64,000 bases of DNA from Octopus vulgaris (GCA_951406725.2 OX597835.1:7502001-7566000), one strand, 5' to 3'; counted from the first letter of the stretch, positions 1 to 15,422 are shown. A program made the numbers and translations. The notes: generated by a model not told the origin, from the sequence alone.

Positions 1-350
1 TAGTATAAAATACAATGATAATTTAACTTGACCAGAAATGAATCAATCCAAAACCATCTGAATTTCTGTGTACCAGCTTCCTCGCTTTCAACGCATGTAA
101 ATTATAAAGAGATATTTTTTGGAGTGGTTAGACGGACTTAGCGTCTATTTCCAGCATACAGGAAAAGAAATCTCTGTAATTCTGAACTATTTTTCATTAG
201 TTTTTTCTAAAAATCCCCTAGGAAACACGGTTATAGAGCGTGCATACCGATGTAAACGCTTTTTCAAACAATATTAATAGCGTTCAGCAAATCGCTATAC
301 ATATCCATCATTTTCTCTTAAAATGTCTTATTGACGAGTTTCATTTTTTC

Positions 351-437
351 ACTTCCCCGAAGAGAAGATTGGATTGTTTTATACTATTTATTATTTTGAA
401 TAATATCAGTGAAATCTTCGAAATATATGTCGAAAGT
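351..437 (+). ncRNA. Minimal type-I hammerhead ribozyme motif (PLE pLTR-like)
   Basis: acttcc-CCGAAGA-gaagatt...aatcttc-GAAAT-atat-GTC-gaaagt; 7-bp stem II, stem I with one mismatch; (TA)n begins about 35 nt downstream. Confidence 0.6.
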
Positions 438-470
438 AAAAGTATTTGATTTATACCTGCGCTAAACTCC

Positions 471-513
<43 letters not shown>

Positions 514-1099
514 GAATCCACTAGAGTGGATGCAAGCGCTAGTATATGATTTATAAAAACATGTGTCATATTAATAAAAATCTGTAAATATAAAACCATC
601 CGAGTTCAGCACCTTGGGCAAGTGTCTTCTACTATAGCCTCGGGCCGACCAAAGCCTTGTGGGTGAATTTGGTAGACGAAAACTGGAAGAAGCCCATCGT
701 ATAGATATATACGTGTGTGTGTGTGTGTGTGTGTATGTTTTTGTGCCTGTGTTTGGTCCTACTACCATCGCTTGACAACCGCTGTTGGTGTGCTTACGGC
801 CCTATAAGTTAGCGGTTTGGCAAAAGCAATCGATAGAATAATTACTAGGCTTTTGAAGTCCTGGGGTCGATTTGCCTTACCCATATATATATACATATAT
901 ATATATACACATATAAATATATACATATATATATATATAGATATATATATTTTGGAATTCATTATGATTTGATTTTTGATTTGATTTTGATTTTTCCAGT
1001 TTCAGCTTATGAGCTGTGGCCATGCTGGGGCACCGCCATTTAAAAAATTATATATAGATTTATATATACATATATATATAAATACATATATATACATAC

Positions 1100-1148
<49 letters not shown>

Positions 1149-1149
1149 T

Positions 1150-1190
<41 letters not shown>

Positions 1191-1251
1191 AAATATATTC
1201 ACCGCCTTATTTTCTCCATCCCTCCTTCTATCTCTCTCTCCCATTTCTCTC

Positions 1252-1283
<32 letters not shown>

Positions 1284-2289
1284 ATTATTGATTAGGTCAT
1301 TTTATTCTCTTTCCCCCAAACATTTTTGTTTTTCATTCTTCTTATTTCTTATTTCTCGTTCAGTCTCCTTCGCTGCTATTTTTTTTTTCATTTTAATTGT
1401 CCATTATATATTTATCTGTCTTCTGTCATTATTCTTATTGTTTGGTTTCGTTTTGTTTTGAGGGGAGGGTTTTTTTTTTTTGGCCTTTTTGCTCCGTTTT
1501 TACCTTTTTTCTTTCTTTCTTGCTTTCTTTTTGTCTTAGTTTTTTCTTGAAAAATGCTCTCCGTGTGTGTTTTATGGTCAGGATATAATGGGAATTAGAA
1601 GACGTGATAATAAATGGATTTCACACCGAAATTAACTGCGAAAGAGAAAAAAATAGGGGGAAATTGAAGAGAAGGTAAAAATGCGTGTGGATGGTGAAAG
1701 ATTTGGGAAAAAAATGAAGGTGAGAGGAGAGGAGAGGACTAGAAGAAGGACATGTTAAAGTAAACAAGCCAATGAAAACTGAGCACACACATATACACAC
1801 ATATACACACACATAAAAACGCTCACATACACACGCGTACATAAACTAGACACGCTCTAATGCACACCGACACACGTACATTCTTATACATAAGTACAGA
1901 AAAATAATCGTGTGTGTGTGTGTGCCTGATGGCATATGGCTCAGTGGTTAGAGTGTCTTGCTCAAAATCATGAGGTAGTGAGTTCAATTCTCGGACCGGG
2001 CTATGAGTTATGTTCTTGAGTAAGACACTTTATTTCACGTTGCTCAACTTCACTCAGCTGTAGAAATGAGCTGCGACGTCACCGTTGTCAAGCTGCCTCG
2101 ATTAAGTTTCAGGTCTGTTATTTTCGCATTTGATAGAAGCAATGCTCCGCCAAAATTCCAGGGACTGATATATGCATGTCTGCATGCGTGTATGTTTCGA
2201 TGTATGTATGTATGAGGTCATCCCATAAGTTCTGACCGAATTTTGAATAAAGAAAACAAGTGATCAGATGTTATATTTCATTGAAATTT

Positions 2290-3035
2290 AATCAACGTAC
2301 TAAGCATTTAAAATCTAATTTTATCAAATCTATTAGAACCATTATTAAAGTAAACTTTAAAAACTCTAGATATGCAAAACTGTTTAATAACAAAATGATC
2401 AGATTTGGATTTTCTGAATCTCCAAACCTATTCAGGATTATTTCCTCATTTAACAATAGAAAACTAAACCATTTCTACAATGAAATAACTCCTTCTGGTA
2501 CACATACTAACCCCAATAATTCCAATAACTCCATTTCTAATATCGGTAACTATCAAAATTACTCAACCCTAATTAACCTTAATACATATTGACATAACAA
2601 TAGACCATCAAATAATAGTCCTAATTGTAACTGTAGAAACCCAAATACCTGTGAGGTAAAAGATAACTGTAGAAGGGAAAATGAAGTATACCAAGCTACA
2701 ATTGTAACCCATAATCTCTCTAAGTCCCTTTACATTAGTTGTACAGAAAGCCCCTTTAAATTGCGATTAAATAACCATAAATCATCTTTTAACGACCCTA
2801 GAAAAGAAAATAGTACCGACCTATCAAAAAAGGTTTGGCAACTGAAACGAGATAACATAGATTACAAAATTTCTTGGAAGATTATCTCTTCAGTTCCTTC
2901 TTATAGGCTTAGCAACAGAATATGTTTTTTTTATGCCTGGGATAATCCTATAATATTACGAAAATGAATAATTCTCCATTGAATTCGAGTGATGAAAGAA
3001 TTTTTTCTTGTAAACATGTCAAAATTCCATTTTAT
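2290..3035 (+). pseudogene. Penelope-like retroelement, degraded ORF C-terminus with GIY-YIG endonuclease
   Basis: One frame broken by TGA at 2590: LFNNKMIRFGFSESPNLFRIISSFNNRKL ... NCNCRNPNTCEVKDNC...VYQATI...LYISCTESPFKLRLNNHKSSF...STDLSKKVWQLK...ISWKII, the typical PLE Cys motif plus GIY-YIG domain. Confidence 0.8.
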
Positions 3036-3814
3036 TAACATTAAATAAGTTTTCTCCACCCTCCGCTTTCTCATACTTGTCCTTATTCTAATTATTACCC
3101 CTCCTTAGTTCTTCGTATAATATCCCCCTTTACATATCTACTACCGTTATATATAATTTCTTACACTTACCATTTAATACACTTATACACTTATCTTACA
3201 CTGTCTGGTTATTCGTAGGCTATTCCACCACCACCCTAGTATTATATTACACTTTCACACTTTTTCATTAATTATATAACTTACACCAGAAATTCTCTTT
3301 TCTTCCTCTTTTACTAAATACATATTTCAGCTAAATACATATTTCAGTTAAACACCATATTAAATATATACACACATGTTTTTTCTAGTAGGTTATGTGT
3401 TGTTTTTGCAGTATGATCTTAAACACATTTCTCTCACCCATTATTATCATTACTACTTGTTTATTTTCATAACAAATTTTTCCCGATCTATTTGATATTT
3501 TAATTTTTACTTTCTTCTATTCATATTCAAATTTATTCCTTAATATTTTTCGGTATAAATTATATCCCGTTTCTTCCCCTATTATTTATATAGCTACTTC
3601 TTTTTCTGCTGTGCCTAGGGAGACTTGCAAACCAAATCCAAAAATGAAATGTTTTTTCTTTTTTCATATAATATTCATGTTGTTATTATACATTTGTATA
3701 TGCGTATACATATGTACGTTTATGCCCACTTTTGAATATATGTAGGTGTATATGCATGAATGTGTGTGTATGTGTATACATGGGTGTATATGCATGTGTG
3801 CATATGCGTATGTG

Positions 3815-3853
<39 letters not shown>

Positions 3854-4606
3854 ATGTATGTATGTATATGTATGTATATGTGTATGTGTGTATATACGTT
3901 TATATATAAATATGTATATGTATATAAGTGTGTGTATTTTTACACACATATATATTTGTGTATGAGTGTCTATATGTATGTTTGCATATATACCTGTATC
4001 TATTTGCGTATACGTATGTTTATATATTTATATGTGTATATATTTATGTGTGTGTGTACGTGTGCATATATGTATGTTTACGTATATGTATATATGTGCG
4101 TATATCGATTTTTATACACACACATGTTTATGTACCTATGTGTGTATATGTATATGTTTTTTCCGTATATACTCGCATCTGTTTTGTGTGTGTGTGTGTG
4201 TGTCGGTGTGTATATGTAGATTTTAGTGTATGCCTATGTTTTTTGTCTGTGTATGCGTATGTCTTTTTGTCTGTGTACATGTATGTGTAGGTGTATACGT
4301 GTGTATTCCCCGTGAATAATTTTTTTCCTGAAATTACATTTAGCATAATCTTCCATCCACTATAACTCTCTGACCCATAAATAATGTTTTTTTTAAATCC
4401 CTGATATTACGAATTATTTATCAACAATTTTTTCTAACGGTAATATGTACTTTTCTTTATATATTCTCAATTCTTAATATTAACAAATATACCTTCTTTT
4501 TCTTACAAATAATATTATATTACCATAATGTCACTATAATACATACCTCAATTATTTTTCTGCCCCTTCGATTTTCTAGTAACTTATTTTAAATCATACC
4601 CATATA

Positions 4607-4779
4607 TAGGCGCAGGAGTGGCTGTGTGGTAAGTAGCTTGCTAACCAACCACATGGTTCTGGGTTCAGTCCCACTGCGTGGCATCTTGGGCAAGTGTCTT
4701 CTGCTATAGCCCCGGGCCGACCAATGCCTTGTGAGTGGATTTGGTAGACGGAAACTGAAAGAAGCCCGTCGTATATATG

Positions 4780-4810
<31 letters not shown>

Positions 4811-5043
4811 CTGTGTGTGTACGTGTTTGTGTGTCTGTGTTTGTCCCCCCAACATTGCTTGACAACCGATGCTGGTGTGTTTATGTCTCCGTAACTTAGC
4901 GGTTTGGCAAAAGAGACCGATAGAATAAGTACTGGGCTTACAAAGAATAAGTCCCGGGGTCGATTTGCTCGTCTAAAGGCGGTGCTCCAGCATGGCTACA
5001 GTCAAATGACTGAAACAATTAAAAGAGTAAAGAGTAAAGAGTA
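4607..5043 (+). mobile_element. tRNA-derived SINE family A with internal microsatellite (full length)
   Basis: Head aggcgcaggagtggctgtgtggtaag...ggttcagtccc (A/B boxes), central (TA)(TG) tract, tail cagtcaaatgactgaaacaa(gagtaaa)n; many copies in the window. Confidence 0.85.
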
Positions 5044-6099
5044 TAGCTAAACCCCTTATCCTAAACACTCTTCTTTCAGTAAACTATTTCTTTTTTAATT
5101 TTTCACCATTATTCATTTCACACCACCCATAATTGTCAATATACACTGAAATTTAAATATAGCTATCGTATCCCACTAGACGTTAATTATCAATTTGTAT
5201 TCAAATGTATATACGTATAGGTGTATACACTATTACGTGCGAGCACGTGATTCAGGCGTGTTAGATGCGTGTGTGCAATTTTGTTATATATTTATTTGTC
5301 TCCGATCTTTCTTTCTTATATTTAAAAACTAGCATTAAAGACCCATCATTGGCAGGTCATAGGGCTAGTGCATGTATATATGTGTATATATATGTGTACA
5401 TATTACATGTACATCTCTATATATATACATCTACACATAAAATACAAAATACAAAGTTATATCTTGATATCGTTAGTGATAACAATACTCAAAATATATA
5501 ACAGAATGGAATTCTTAGCCTATCTCTTGTAATTTCGATCAATTGTATCTTGTCCTCCCTCTTGTATAGAAGTATGGCTACAATCCAGCCTACCTCTACT
5601 TCTTTCATTTAAAATTTATTTCCGGGATGTCCTACATCCCAGATATAAAGGTAAAAATAAAATATTTCCACTTTGCAAGTTCGAGTCGAGTACTCCCTTG
5701 CACGCTCCGTTGACTCGAACCTTGCTTCTATTGTGGCAAATTTACCGCCTCTGATTAGATATCTTTCATAGTCGCACCAAGACACTTTTCGAAGGTGCTT
5801 TCCTCCATGTGTTCAAATCTTTTTTTCTCTACATTGTATACTTTATAGACAATAGTCTTTTCTTTAATTTAATTTTTTATTATCCATCTGGACTATTCCA
5901 TTTCTGCACGCTAAATTTATTTTTAATTTATTCCCATTCATGTGAAACCACTTATTCAAGTTCAAGTCATTGATGCAATTTTATACCAATTGCTATATTT
6001 ACTTTTGTTATGTTACAATTATATCATACATTAGTTTGATTTTAATTATTACTTGCTACATATAATTCAATTGTTATTATTATTTTTATTGTTAAAGTG

Positions 6100-6333
6100 A
6101 AAATATCTGATATAAAATAAAGAAATGTTTTTGTTTCACTTTTAACACGTAATACTGAAATAGTGGAGAAGATATGATATTGCTATGGGCTCGCTCTAGG
6201 CATGAAACTACATGGACCCTAAGTAAGGCATGTGTAAAATTTGAATGAAATTGGTTGTGTAGTTCTCAAGTTTTAGGGAAACACAGAGAGACAGACAGAC
6301 AGATACACATTCTCAGTTTTATATATATAAAGA
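6100..6333 (-). mobile_element. Helitron-like 5' fragment; second copy at about 39450-39690
   Basis: Two diverged copies in the window; minus-strand start TCTTTATATATATAAAACTGAGAATGTG(TCTG)n. Confidence 0.55.
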
Positions 6334-6526
6334 TATCCATTGGCCAAAACAGTTCTAGTTCTTACACAGATAGACTCAACACTACATAAGCATGTTACTA
6401 TATCTCTTTTTTCCTCTTTCACAATATTTTAATGAATATCCGATCGAGTTTATCCGACACAGGCAGTCTTCGGCTTCATTGTAATATTCTTTTGTTAATA
6501 ATTTTTTTGATGTTTAATTCATCTTT

Positions 6527-6666
6527 TCCCCTGAGGAGAATGGTAATACGTAATTAAATTAATTCAATTTAATTATAATTATTATTTTTATTATTATTAT
6601 TAATAATAATTTAATTTTTCCATGTTTCTTACATGTTGGCATTATGATTCGAAATAAACGTATGGA
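6527..6666 (+). ncRNA. Hammerhead ribozyme motif with long stem-II loop (PLE 3' pLTR)
   Basis: tccc-CTGAGGA-gaat...attc-GAAAT-aaac-GTA-tgga, about 105 nt upstream of (TA)n. Confidence 0.5.
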
Positions 6667-6768
6667 TTAAAACTTTATGGAAACTTTTAACATCTCTTCG
6701 CCATTTTGAAACTGCAAATTGAGTTTATATAGGATTATGTACTATAAATAAATGCTATTAAACACACT

Positions 6769-6835
<67 letters not shown>

Positions 6836-7149
6836 TACATATATATGCATATATATATATATACATATATAGATACATATATAAGTACAAAGTGAGATAG
6901 GGGTTATGAGTGGAACCCACTATGGGATATCAGTTATCCAATATACCGGTGGTGAATCACCCAAAAGGCAAATACATAAATGCTTATAATTGCAATGCAA
7001 TTAATTCATTTATTGTATTAGATGGGCGAAGGTAAAATATTTTACCTCAAATTCATAATACAAATAAGAAAATGGAGGAACAGATTCATTTCAATCATCG
7101 ACTTACAGATATTACCAATTCATATTAAATAAATAATATGAATTGGTAT

Positions 7150-7337
<188 letters not shown>

Positions 7338-8459
7338 CCAGACTAAAACTAAATTAAAAGAAATGTTTATTCTTGCCGTATGGTCTAGGTTCTGATCTTT
7401 GTCGGGATTGTTCTTCATTGGTTGGTCCCCAGTAAAATAAAATTACGTAATATAGATTAGAATCTATTGTTTCACTAAGATTTTCTTCTGTAAATTCACG
7501 AGCTTGTTCCAGTGCACAAACCAGTATGACGCTTGTAGTAATATTGATTCTGGCTAAATTGTGTGGCATGAAGGCTAACAAAGAGAGGGGTTTGAAGTCG
7601 TTTTATTACATTGACTGGTACCCATTATTTTATTGACTGCAAGAAGAAGAAAGCAACGTCGACCTTGGCGGAATTTGAACCAAGGTATAAGACGGACAAT
7701 ATACCTTTTTCACTTTATCCGGAAGCTCCACAAAGGGCTAAGACACTCACGTTAAAAGAAAGCAATATTACTTGAAGAAATACAACCAAGCTCAAAGTGT
7801 CCTTTATACAAACATGACGTTTTTAGCAGTACATTGCCCGATATTTCCTCCATTTTGAAAGACGGCAGGTTGTAATTTGCATAAAAATTGGCTGCTATTT
7901 CTAACAGGTAGAAACCTATAGAGTTCCTCTTTGAACAACAGATATTGTTTAAGACGAAGTGATTTCTGATTGTGTAAGAGTTAAGCTTCCAGTGACGAAC
8001 ATAAAGATATCTCAATTGGTACAGACTGAAGCCAAACCATTTCCCTTAAAATGCATATACCTTAAGGCAACAAGCATGATTGTCACAACACTGCATTACA
8101 AGGTGATCGGCAAAAACACAGAAGTAAACATTGTTATAACAAAGTACTTCCTTCGTTTTCCCTTCTTTTCACTTTTACAGTTTTTACACTTCTTTTTCAA
8201 TCTGCTCTTCTTCTAATACGATAATTATTATAATCACCATCCATTTTTGTTTTTCTCACCAAGTCTTGTCTTGAAATAGCTTAAACGATTTTCTTCAGAT
8301 GGAAAATGGCTGTAAACAACATTCTGCACAGAAAAAAAAAATGCTAGGGTAAACTTTTTCCATGTTGTATTTTACACAGACACACACACACATATGTATA
8401 TATATATACATATATAAATATATATATACATATATGCATGTATGTATATATACATACAT

Positions 8460-8594
<135 letters not shown>

Positions 8595-8741
8595 CATGAA
8601 TATATGAATCTAGGTTAAAATCTGCATGTATTTTAAATATAAAACAAATGAAAGACGGAAGATGGAATATACGAAAATATATTATTAATCACAACAATTG
8701 TTTCGACACATCTCGCATCGACTCCTCTTTTTGTTATCCAT

Positions 8742-8775
<34 letters not shown>

Positions 8776-8884
8776 CGTGTGTGTGTATGTGTGTGTATGA
8801 GTGTGTATGTATATAATTATAAATGATCAGTCTCTAACTTTCCTAAATATAATGACGTTTATGTATGTGTGTGTATATAAATAC

Positions 8885-8943
<59 letters not shown>

Positions 8944-8944
<1 letters not shown>

Positions 8945-9265
8945 CCGTATTTCGTCTGCCGTTACATTCTGGGTTCAAATTCCGCCGAGGTCGCATTGCC
9001 TTCCATTCTTTTGGTGTCGATAAATTAAATACCAGTTACGCACTGGGGTCGATGTAATCGACTTTATCCGTTTGTCTGTCCTTGTTTGTCCCCTCTGTGT
9101 TTAGCCGCTTGTGGGCAGTAAAGAAATATATATATATATTTCTTTATTGTCCACAGGGGGCTAAACAAAGAGGACAGACAAGAGGATTAAGTCGATTACA
9201 TCGATTCCTGTGCGTAACTGGTACTTATTTAATCGATCCTGATAGGATTAAATGTAAAGTCGACC
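8944..9265. mobile_element. Two partial SINE family B copies, tail-to-tail inverted
   Basis: Plus copy 8944-9128 and minus copy 9138-9265 meet at a short (TA)n. Family B core gtcgactttgcctttcatcctttcggggtcgataaattaagtaccag (MetaSINE-like domain, from memory). Confidence 0.75.
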
Positions 9266-9377
9266 TTTGTTTCTTTCTTTTCTTCTATATAATTTGCTAT
9301 TTGTTTTATACGTTCGTTTTTTGTTCTTGTTTTGATGCTAATTTTCACGATTACTGAATGCAAGATATAAACACATT

Positions 9378-9596
9378 CGAGGGAGTATTGAAAATTTCTT
9401 GGCTTACAGGGTATCGATAAAGGCCTAATTGGAGACCCAACCTTTCAAGTTCTTTTATAGGGTTTAGAATAACTGAAGGATCGCTGCAATAAGTGTGTGA
9501 ATTTGTGAAGGAAATACGTTGAATAAATCATAATCAACTGATCTTTTTGTATATTCTTTCAGCGATAGCCAGGAACTTTTCTGCACCGCATCGTAT
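9378..9596. mobile_element. Mariner-type MITE (diverged); similar short element at 24947-25056
   Basis: TIR-like cgagggagtattgaaaatttcttggct / agccaggaacttttctgcaccgcatcg. Confidence 0.55.
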
Positions 9597-10782
9597 TTGT
9601 TTCAGACAGATATTTATGCAAATATAAACGCATACACAGAGGCGAGAAGGCCCACTGTTTTGAAAAGGAGAGAAAACACGTATACACATAGAAATTTCAC
9701 GCCTATTTTTAACTAAAAAATTTACTCGAAAATTACAGTCGTATGTCTGAAGATAACAGGTATGTGAGGTGGCATTTAATGGTGTAGACACAATTTCTAA
9801 ATGGACCGAAATTTACTTCTTAGAGGGAGAAAGCAAACAAAAATAAAACAGCGTTAATTATTAGCGACTTGCAAAGAAAAGAAGCGATGCTGTCTATCAG
9901 GAAATTAAGAATCAATTAATTTCCTGAGAAAAGTACCAATTCTATTCGAGAATCGCTAATAATTAACGCTGTTTTCGTGATCTTGGGGGGTTTTGTTTTA
10001 GTTTGTGTTTTATTTCTTGTTTTATTTTTTCATGAAGAAATATTAGGTTTTCTGGAGAAATCTTTGTTAGCAGGAAAGATAAGAGCAAACTGGCGCGTTT
10101 CGGTCTCTTAATTGACTTCGTCAGTGCCAGATAAACCGGTCGAAGGCTGGCTTGAAATGTCGATAAAAGATTTTAACAGGAGAAACATAGTTACAAAGCA
10201 AAGAGTGGATAGGCTATGTTATGCTGGTGAGATATAAGACCAAGGCATGTCTCGTTAGAATCACCCTTCGCGCATAAATGCATAAGTGTTTTTTTTTTCC
10301 TTCAAAAGATAAATGTTTTTATGAATTTGTTCAGGCGGTGATCTATCAGGAACTTTTAGCACGCCGGACAAAATGCTTAGTGACATTTCGTCCGCCTTTA
10401 CATTCTGAATATAAATTCTGCTGAGGTTGATTTTACTTTTCATCCCATTCGGAATAAATAAGTCCCAGTCACGCAAAATTAGTCCTCAGAAATTGCCTGC
10501 CTTGTGCTAAAATTTGAAGCCAATATTTAAATTCTTTATTTTTTTTCCTCTTTTGCTAACAATCATTCTTTTATTCTTTTACTTGTTTCAGTCATATGAC
10601 TGCGTCCATGCTAGAGCACCGCTTTTAGTCGAACAAATCGACCCCAAGATTTATTCCTTGGAAGCCTAGTACTTATTCTTTCAGTCTCTTTTGCTGAATC
10701 GCTAGGTTACAGGGACGTAAACAGACCAACATCGATTGTCGAGCGATGGAGGGTGGAACGAACACAGAAACATAAGCGCGCG

Positions 10783-10815
<33 letters not shown>

Positions 10816-11860
10816 TATATTAAATTAGAGATAAAACAACTATTAGGCAAATCAAACAGTGAAAAACATAAGCCAATACATAAAATTAATTTAAAATATA
10901 AAAGTTAAAATAAAAAAATTATTTAAATAATTTAAACTTATAAATTTTATATATATATACAAATATATATATGTATGTATGTATGTATATTTTTATATTT
11001 ATATATTATTTTAATTATTAATTAATTAATTTATTTATTTATTTATTTATTTTTGGGTCGGCCTGAGGCTATAGTTGGAAACGCCCAAGGTGTCACGCAG
11101 TGGGACTGAGCCTAGAATCATGTGGATAAGAGGGAAGCGAGCTTCTTACCACACAGCCATTCCTATTTAGTTTTCTGTTTTTTTTTTTTTTACAATTTCG
11201 AATATCAAGCATTACAACTGTCTGAACTGTCTAAATACTTACCATTAGCACCCTTGTGATATTTCCCTTGGCATTTTTTTTGTTTTTTTTTCCTTTTGAC
11301 GCACCAATTACACAAAAATATAATTAAGAATTATTTTCAAAGAAAATTGAGTTTTCAGGCTTTGGATAGAAAATCTTATCTTTGTAAGGAGGCAAAATAA
11401 CAGCTACAGACATATTTCGACTTTATTGAATCTCATTAAATGCAAGAAGTGGCATTTAAAACCGAAATATACAGGCAGAAGAAAGAGGAAGAAAAAAAGA
11501 TGAAGAGAGCAGTACGAAAGGAAGGGGAAATACTCAGAACGGTTTGGTTTGTACACTGCTTCTATCTCAAACAGAGATTTTCTAATGGACCAGTTTCCTA
11601 GGTACAACACTATATTTTCTATACACTGCAAGCGAGATTAGACTACTGCTATCCTTAGCAAACAAGCAACAGCCACCAAAAAGGTCCAAGAAGATCGAAA
11701 TCGTGTGGTCTGTTGGTCTCGGAGCAAGTGTGAAAGGAGTCATCTCCCGCTTGCAATAAATATCGAGTGTGAAAGCCTAGTGAATGGATTTAGTACATGG
11801 AAACTGAAAGAAGCTCGTCGTTTGTATATCTGAATGTATGTATGCATATGCTTATGTGTG

Positions 11861-11910
<50 letters not shown>

Positions 11911-12014
11911 CGGAGATGTACTTGCATAGCAAGTGATGCAGCTTGTCAATGAACAGGTCGCGGTCTTAAAGCGACGAAAATATTTTGACAAATCAAACTT
12001 AAATGTTGAAGTGA

Positions 12015-12062
<48 letters not shown>

Positions 12063-12071
12063 ATGCATCCA

Positions 12072-12128
<57 letters not shown>

Positions 12129-12137
12129 GAGTGTATG

Positions 12138-12182
<45 letters not shown>

Positions 12183-12621
12183 TTATTTATCTATTCATTC
12201 ATTTATTTATATATAATAAATTGCGATTTCTTTCGAATTCCTTCCCGCAATCATGCACCACTTTCCTCGTCGGTGAACACTCTAGAGCGAGGTTTAACCT
12301 TCTCTTTTCCAAGGCTTTTGACCTTCTCCAGTATATTCTTCATGCAGTCGTTATACCTTAATTGTGGTTTGTGCACTAGTCACCAATCGAACACTAAAAT
12401 ATTCGACCAATAATAATTAGAAGGTTGATTGTTTGGGCATTCGGCCAACGTGCCTGACGAGTCGCCTATAACAGTTAAGAGCATTATAGCCGCATTATAT
12501 TGACTGAAACAAGTAACAGGTGAAAGATATATATGTAGATACATACATACACATACATACATCTATACATACAGACATCCATTTACATACATACAGACAT
12601 CCATTCATATATACATACATA

Positions 12622-13025
12622 CAGGCGCAGGAGTGGCTGTGTGGTAAATAGATTGCTTACCAACCACATGGTTTTGGGTTCAGTCCCACTGCATGGCACC
12701 TTGGGCAAGTGTCTTCTACTATAGCCTCGGGCCGACCAAAGCCTTGTGAGTGGTTTTGGTAGACGGAAACTGAAAAGAAGCTCGTCCTATATATGTATAT
12801 GTATACATATGTGTGTGTGTGTGTCTGTGTTTGTCTCCCCCAACATCGCTTGACAACCGATGCTGGTGTTTTTACGTCCCCGTAACTTAGTGGTTCGGCA
12901 AAAGAGACCGATAGAATAAGTACTAGGCTTACAAAGAATGAGTCCTGGGGTCGATTTGTTCGACTAAAGGCGGTGCTCCAGCATGGCCGCAGTCAAATGA
13001 CTGAAACAAGTAAAAGAGTAAACGA
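12622..13025 (+). mobile_element. SINE family A (full length)
   Basis: Near-identical to 4607-5043. Confidence 0.85.
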
Positions 13026-13713
13026 GAGAGTATACATACATACATCTATACATCCATACATCCATCCATACATCCATCCATCCATCCATACATACATACA
13101 TACATACATACATATAAACTTACCGCTCTATTAAGGTCCTGTCACAGTAGTCGACATGTCCCTTTAGAATTTGACCCTGTAGAGTAATATATTCGATCAC
13201 GCACACAATCCTTTCGCTTGTTTTCAGAAAAATGCAGCGAAGTAATTTAACGCGTATATACGCGTATATAAACCTGACTCACATGCAAAATAGATTCCGC
13301 TCGTTCTGCACCTCCAGGTTCCTTTATAGTGTCAATTCTTCGAAACGGTTTACTTTATAAATTTTCAAAAACTACATTTAAAGAACAAACCCATAATGAT
13401 GTGGATAATCTAGTGAAAATCTAATCATTAATAACCAATAACATGCATCTTTCAATCAATTCCAAACTGAATTGCTTTCTATTTCTATAAACTACGCACC
13501 GACTACGAATAACACGTTTCTCTTTTTGACTGAAATGCAATCTCGGCTTAACTGATTTCTCTGAATACCCAAATAGAATTCATCTCTGAGCTTAAATTCA
13601 AAATTCACACTGATGAAGTCAATTACACCGAAACGAATATATAATTGAAATATTATTGAATATAGGTATGTATAAATATATATGTGTGTGTGTGCTTTAA
13701 TGCCTTTAATACG

Positions 13714-13766
<53 letters not shown>

Positions 13767-13807
13767 TATATAAATATATATATATTGGATATATTATATA
13801 AATATAT

Positions 13808-13902
<95 letters not shown>

Positions 13903-14050
13903 TCATAAATGAGGGCAAAGGAAAAAAATTCTAATGCCAAATATGCCGAAAAATTGGACATATTGTCCATTAACCATATAATTTTTTCACAATACGCACG
14001 ATACTCGAAAAAAGGCTGACAGAAATTTCTAAAAAATTCCATTATTACCA

Positions 14051-14103
14051 TATCGGACCGATTTCAGAGTTAGCTACTAAGAGCCCTCTCTTCGTCAGTG
14101 ATA
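14051..14103 (-). ncRNA. Minimal type-I hammerhead ribozyme motif
   Basis: Reverse complement: tatca-CTGACGA-agag...ctct-GAAAT-cg-GTC-cgata, inside the (TA)n-flanked element 13900-14508. Confidence 0.65.
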
Positions 14104-14290
14104 CATGTGGCAAAAGAAATAAATGAGATACTTACCCGCACCCATGGAAGAAGCAAATACTAAGTCATGGGCACAACTAAGTACCCCAAATACATCCAAA
14201 ATAGAAATACTCCAGCCCATTCGAGGCACGTCCGATTTGAACTGAGGCTCTCACAGAGTTAGTTAGTTCGGAAGTGAACGCTTAAATTTA

Positions 14291-14505
14291 TATCAAATGT
14301 GAGGATAAAATTCTTTTCGAAAAAAAAATATTTTCTCGAAAAAAATTTTATCAATGGCCAGCATATTAAAAAATACCTTTAACGGTTAAATTTATGAATT
14401 GTTTATAAATTTAACCGTTAAAGGTATTTTTTAATATGCTGGCCATTGATAAGATTTTTTTCGAGAAAATATTTTTTTTCGAAAAGAATTTTATCCTCAC
14501 ATTTG

Positions 14506-14508
<3 letters not shown>
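14291..14508. repeat. Fold-back palindrome, arms about 105 bp
   Basis: 14291-14395 is the near-perfect reverse complement of 14405-14508; the right end abuts (TA)n. Confidence 0.9.
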
Positions 14509-14575
<67 letters not shown>

Positions 14576-14595
14576 TATTTATTTATTTATATATA

Positions 14596-14960
14596 CAGGT
14601 ATTGGACAAAATAATGGAAACACCTAGCAGCATAGCATCATAATTTTGGAATATCTATAAAACCGTCAAAAGCTTCTTTATTTTTATGTTTTTATTTATT
14701 TATTATTAGTGTTTCCTAATATGTTTGGCTTAATTTGCTGTTTCTTTTCAGATATCATCAGAAAAAGGTAATTGAAATTCATTAAAATGACAGATCTATC
14801 GGACTTTCAAAGAGGTCAGATTGTTGCTGCTCGTATTGCAAGCGCCACCGTAACAAAAACAGCCGAAATGTTTGGTGTATCAAGAAGTGCTGTCTCGAAA
14901 GTGATGACAACCTTTGAGAAAGAGGGGAAAACCTCCTCGTCGAAACAAAACTCTTTATAA
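14596..14960 (+). mobile_element. 5' fragment of a Tc1 transposon
   Basis: TA-caggtattggacaaaataatggaaaca TIR-like start; MTDLSDFQRGQIVAARIASATVTKTAEMFGVSRSAVSKV (Tc1 HTH), then truncated. Confidence 0.8.
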
Positions 14961-15422
14961 CATTTAGAGGGAACGAGAAGTAATTCTTTTTGAGAATATT
15001 GGATCACGAAGCACATCATATAACGCTATAAATAACAGTGTGTAATTAACGGATTGAAAACCCCTTTGAGGTAGACATCGTTCGACTTTTTGTATATAAA
15101 AGGGATTCTTGAAACCCGATATAAACATGCTGTTATTTACATCTTCATATTATATATTATGTACCTCGAGAACCGATGTGTGTGTGTGTGTTGGCAAGGT
15201 AGTGTGGAGAAGCAGGCATGAACCCGAAACCGGGTGGTTTCGGGTTCAGTCTTGCTGCATGGAAACTTGGTTAAGTGCTTTCTACTACATCTGCTGAGTA
15301 AATTTAGCGGATACAAATCATGTATATATATATATATATATATATATAATAAGGCGGTGCTATAGCATGGCCGCAGTCAAATGACTGAAACAAGTAAACG
15401 AATAAAAGAATATATACATACA

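Noticed and set aside
2590-2592. In-frame TGA in the PLE ORF as possible selenocysteine
   Set aside because: Lies in a low-complexity linker of a degraded, frameshifted copy; no SECIS identified.
9845-9975. Short imperfect palindrome
   Set aside because: Real but small (about 22-bp outer arms); probably a decayed MITE with no further supporting features.
10088-10130. Hammerhead-like CUGACGA...GAAACGCGCC on the minus strand
   Set aside because: Cleavage triplet GCC and no convincing stem I; at best a dead remnant. A similarly weak case lies at about 12220-12275.
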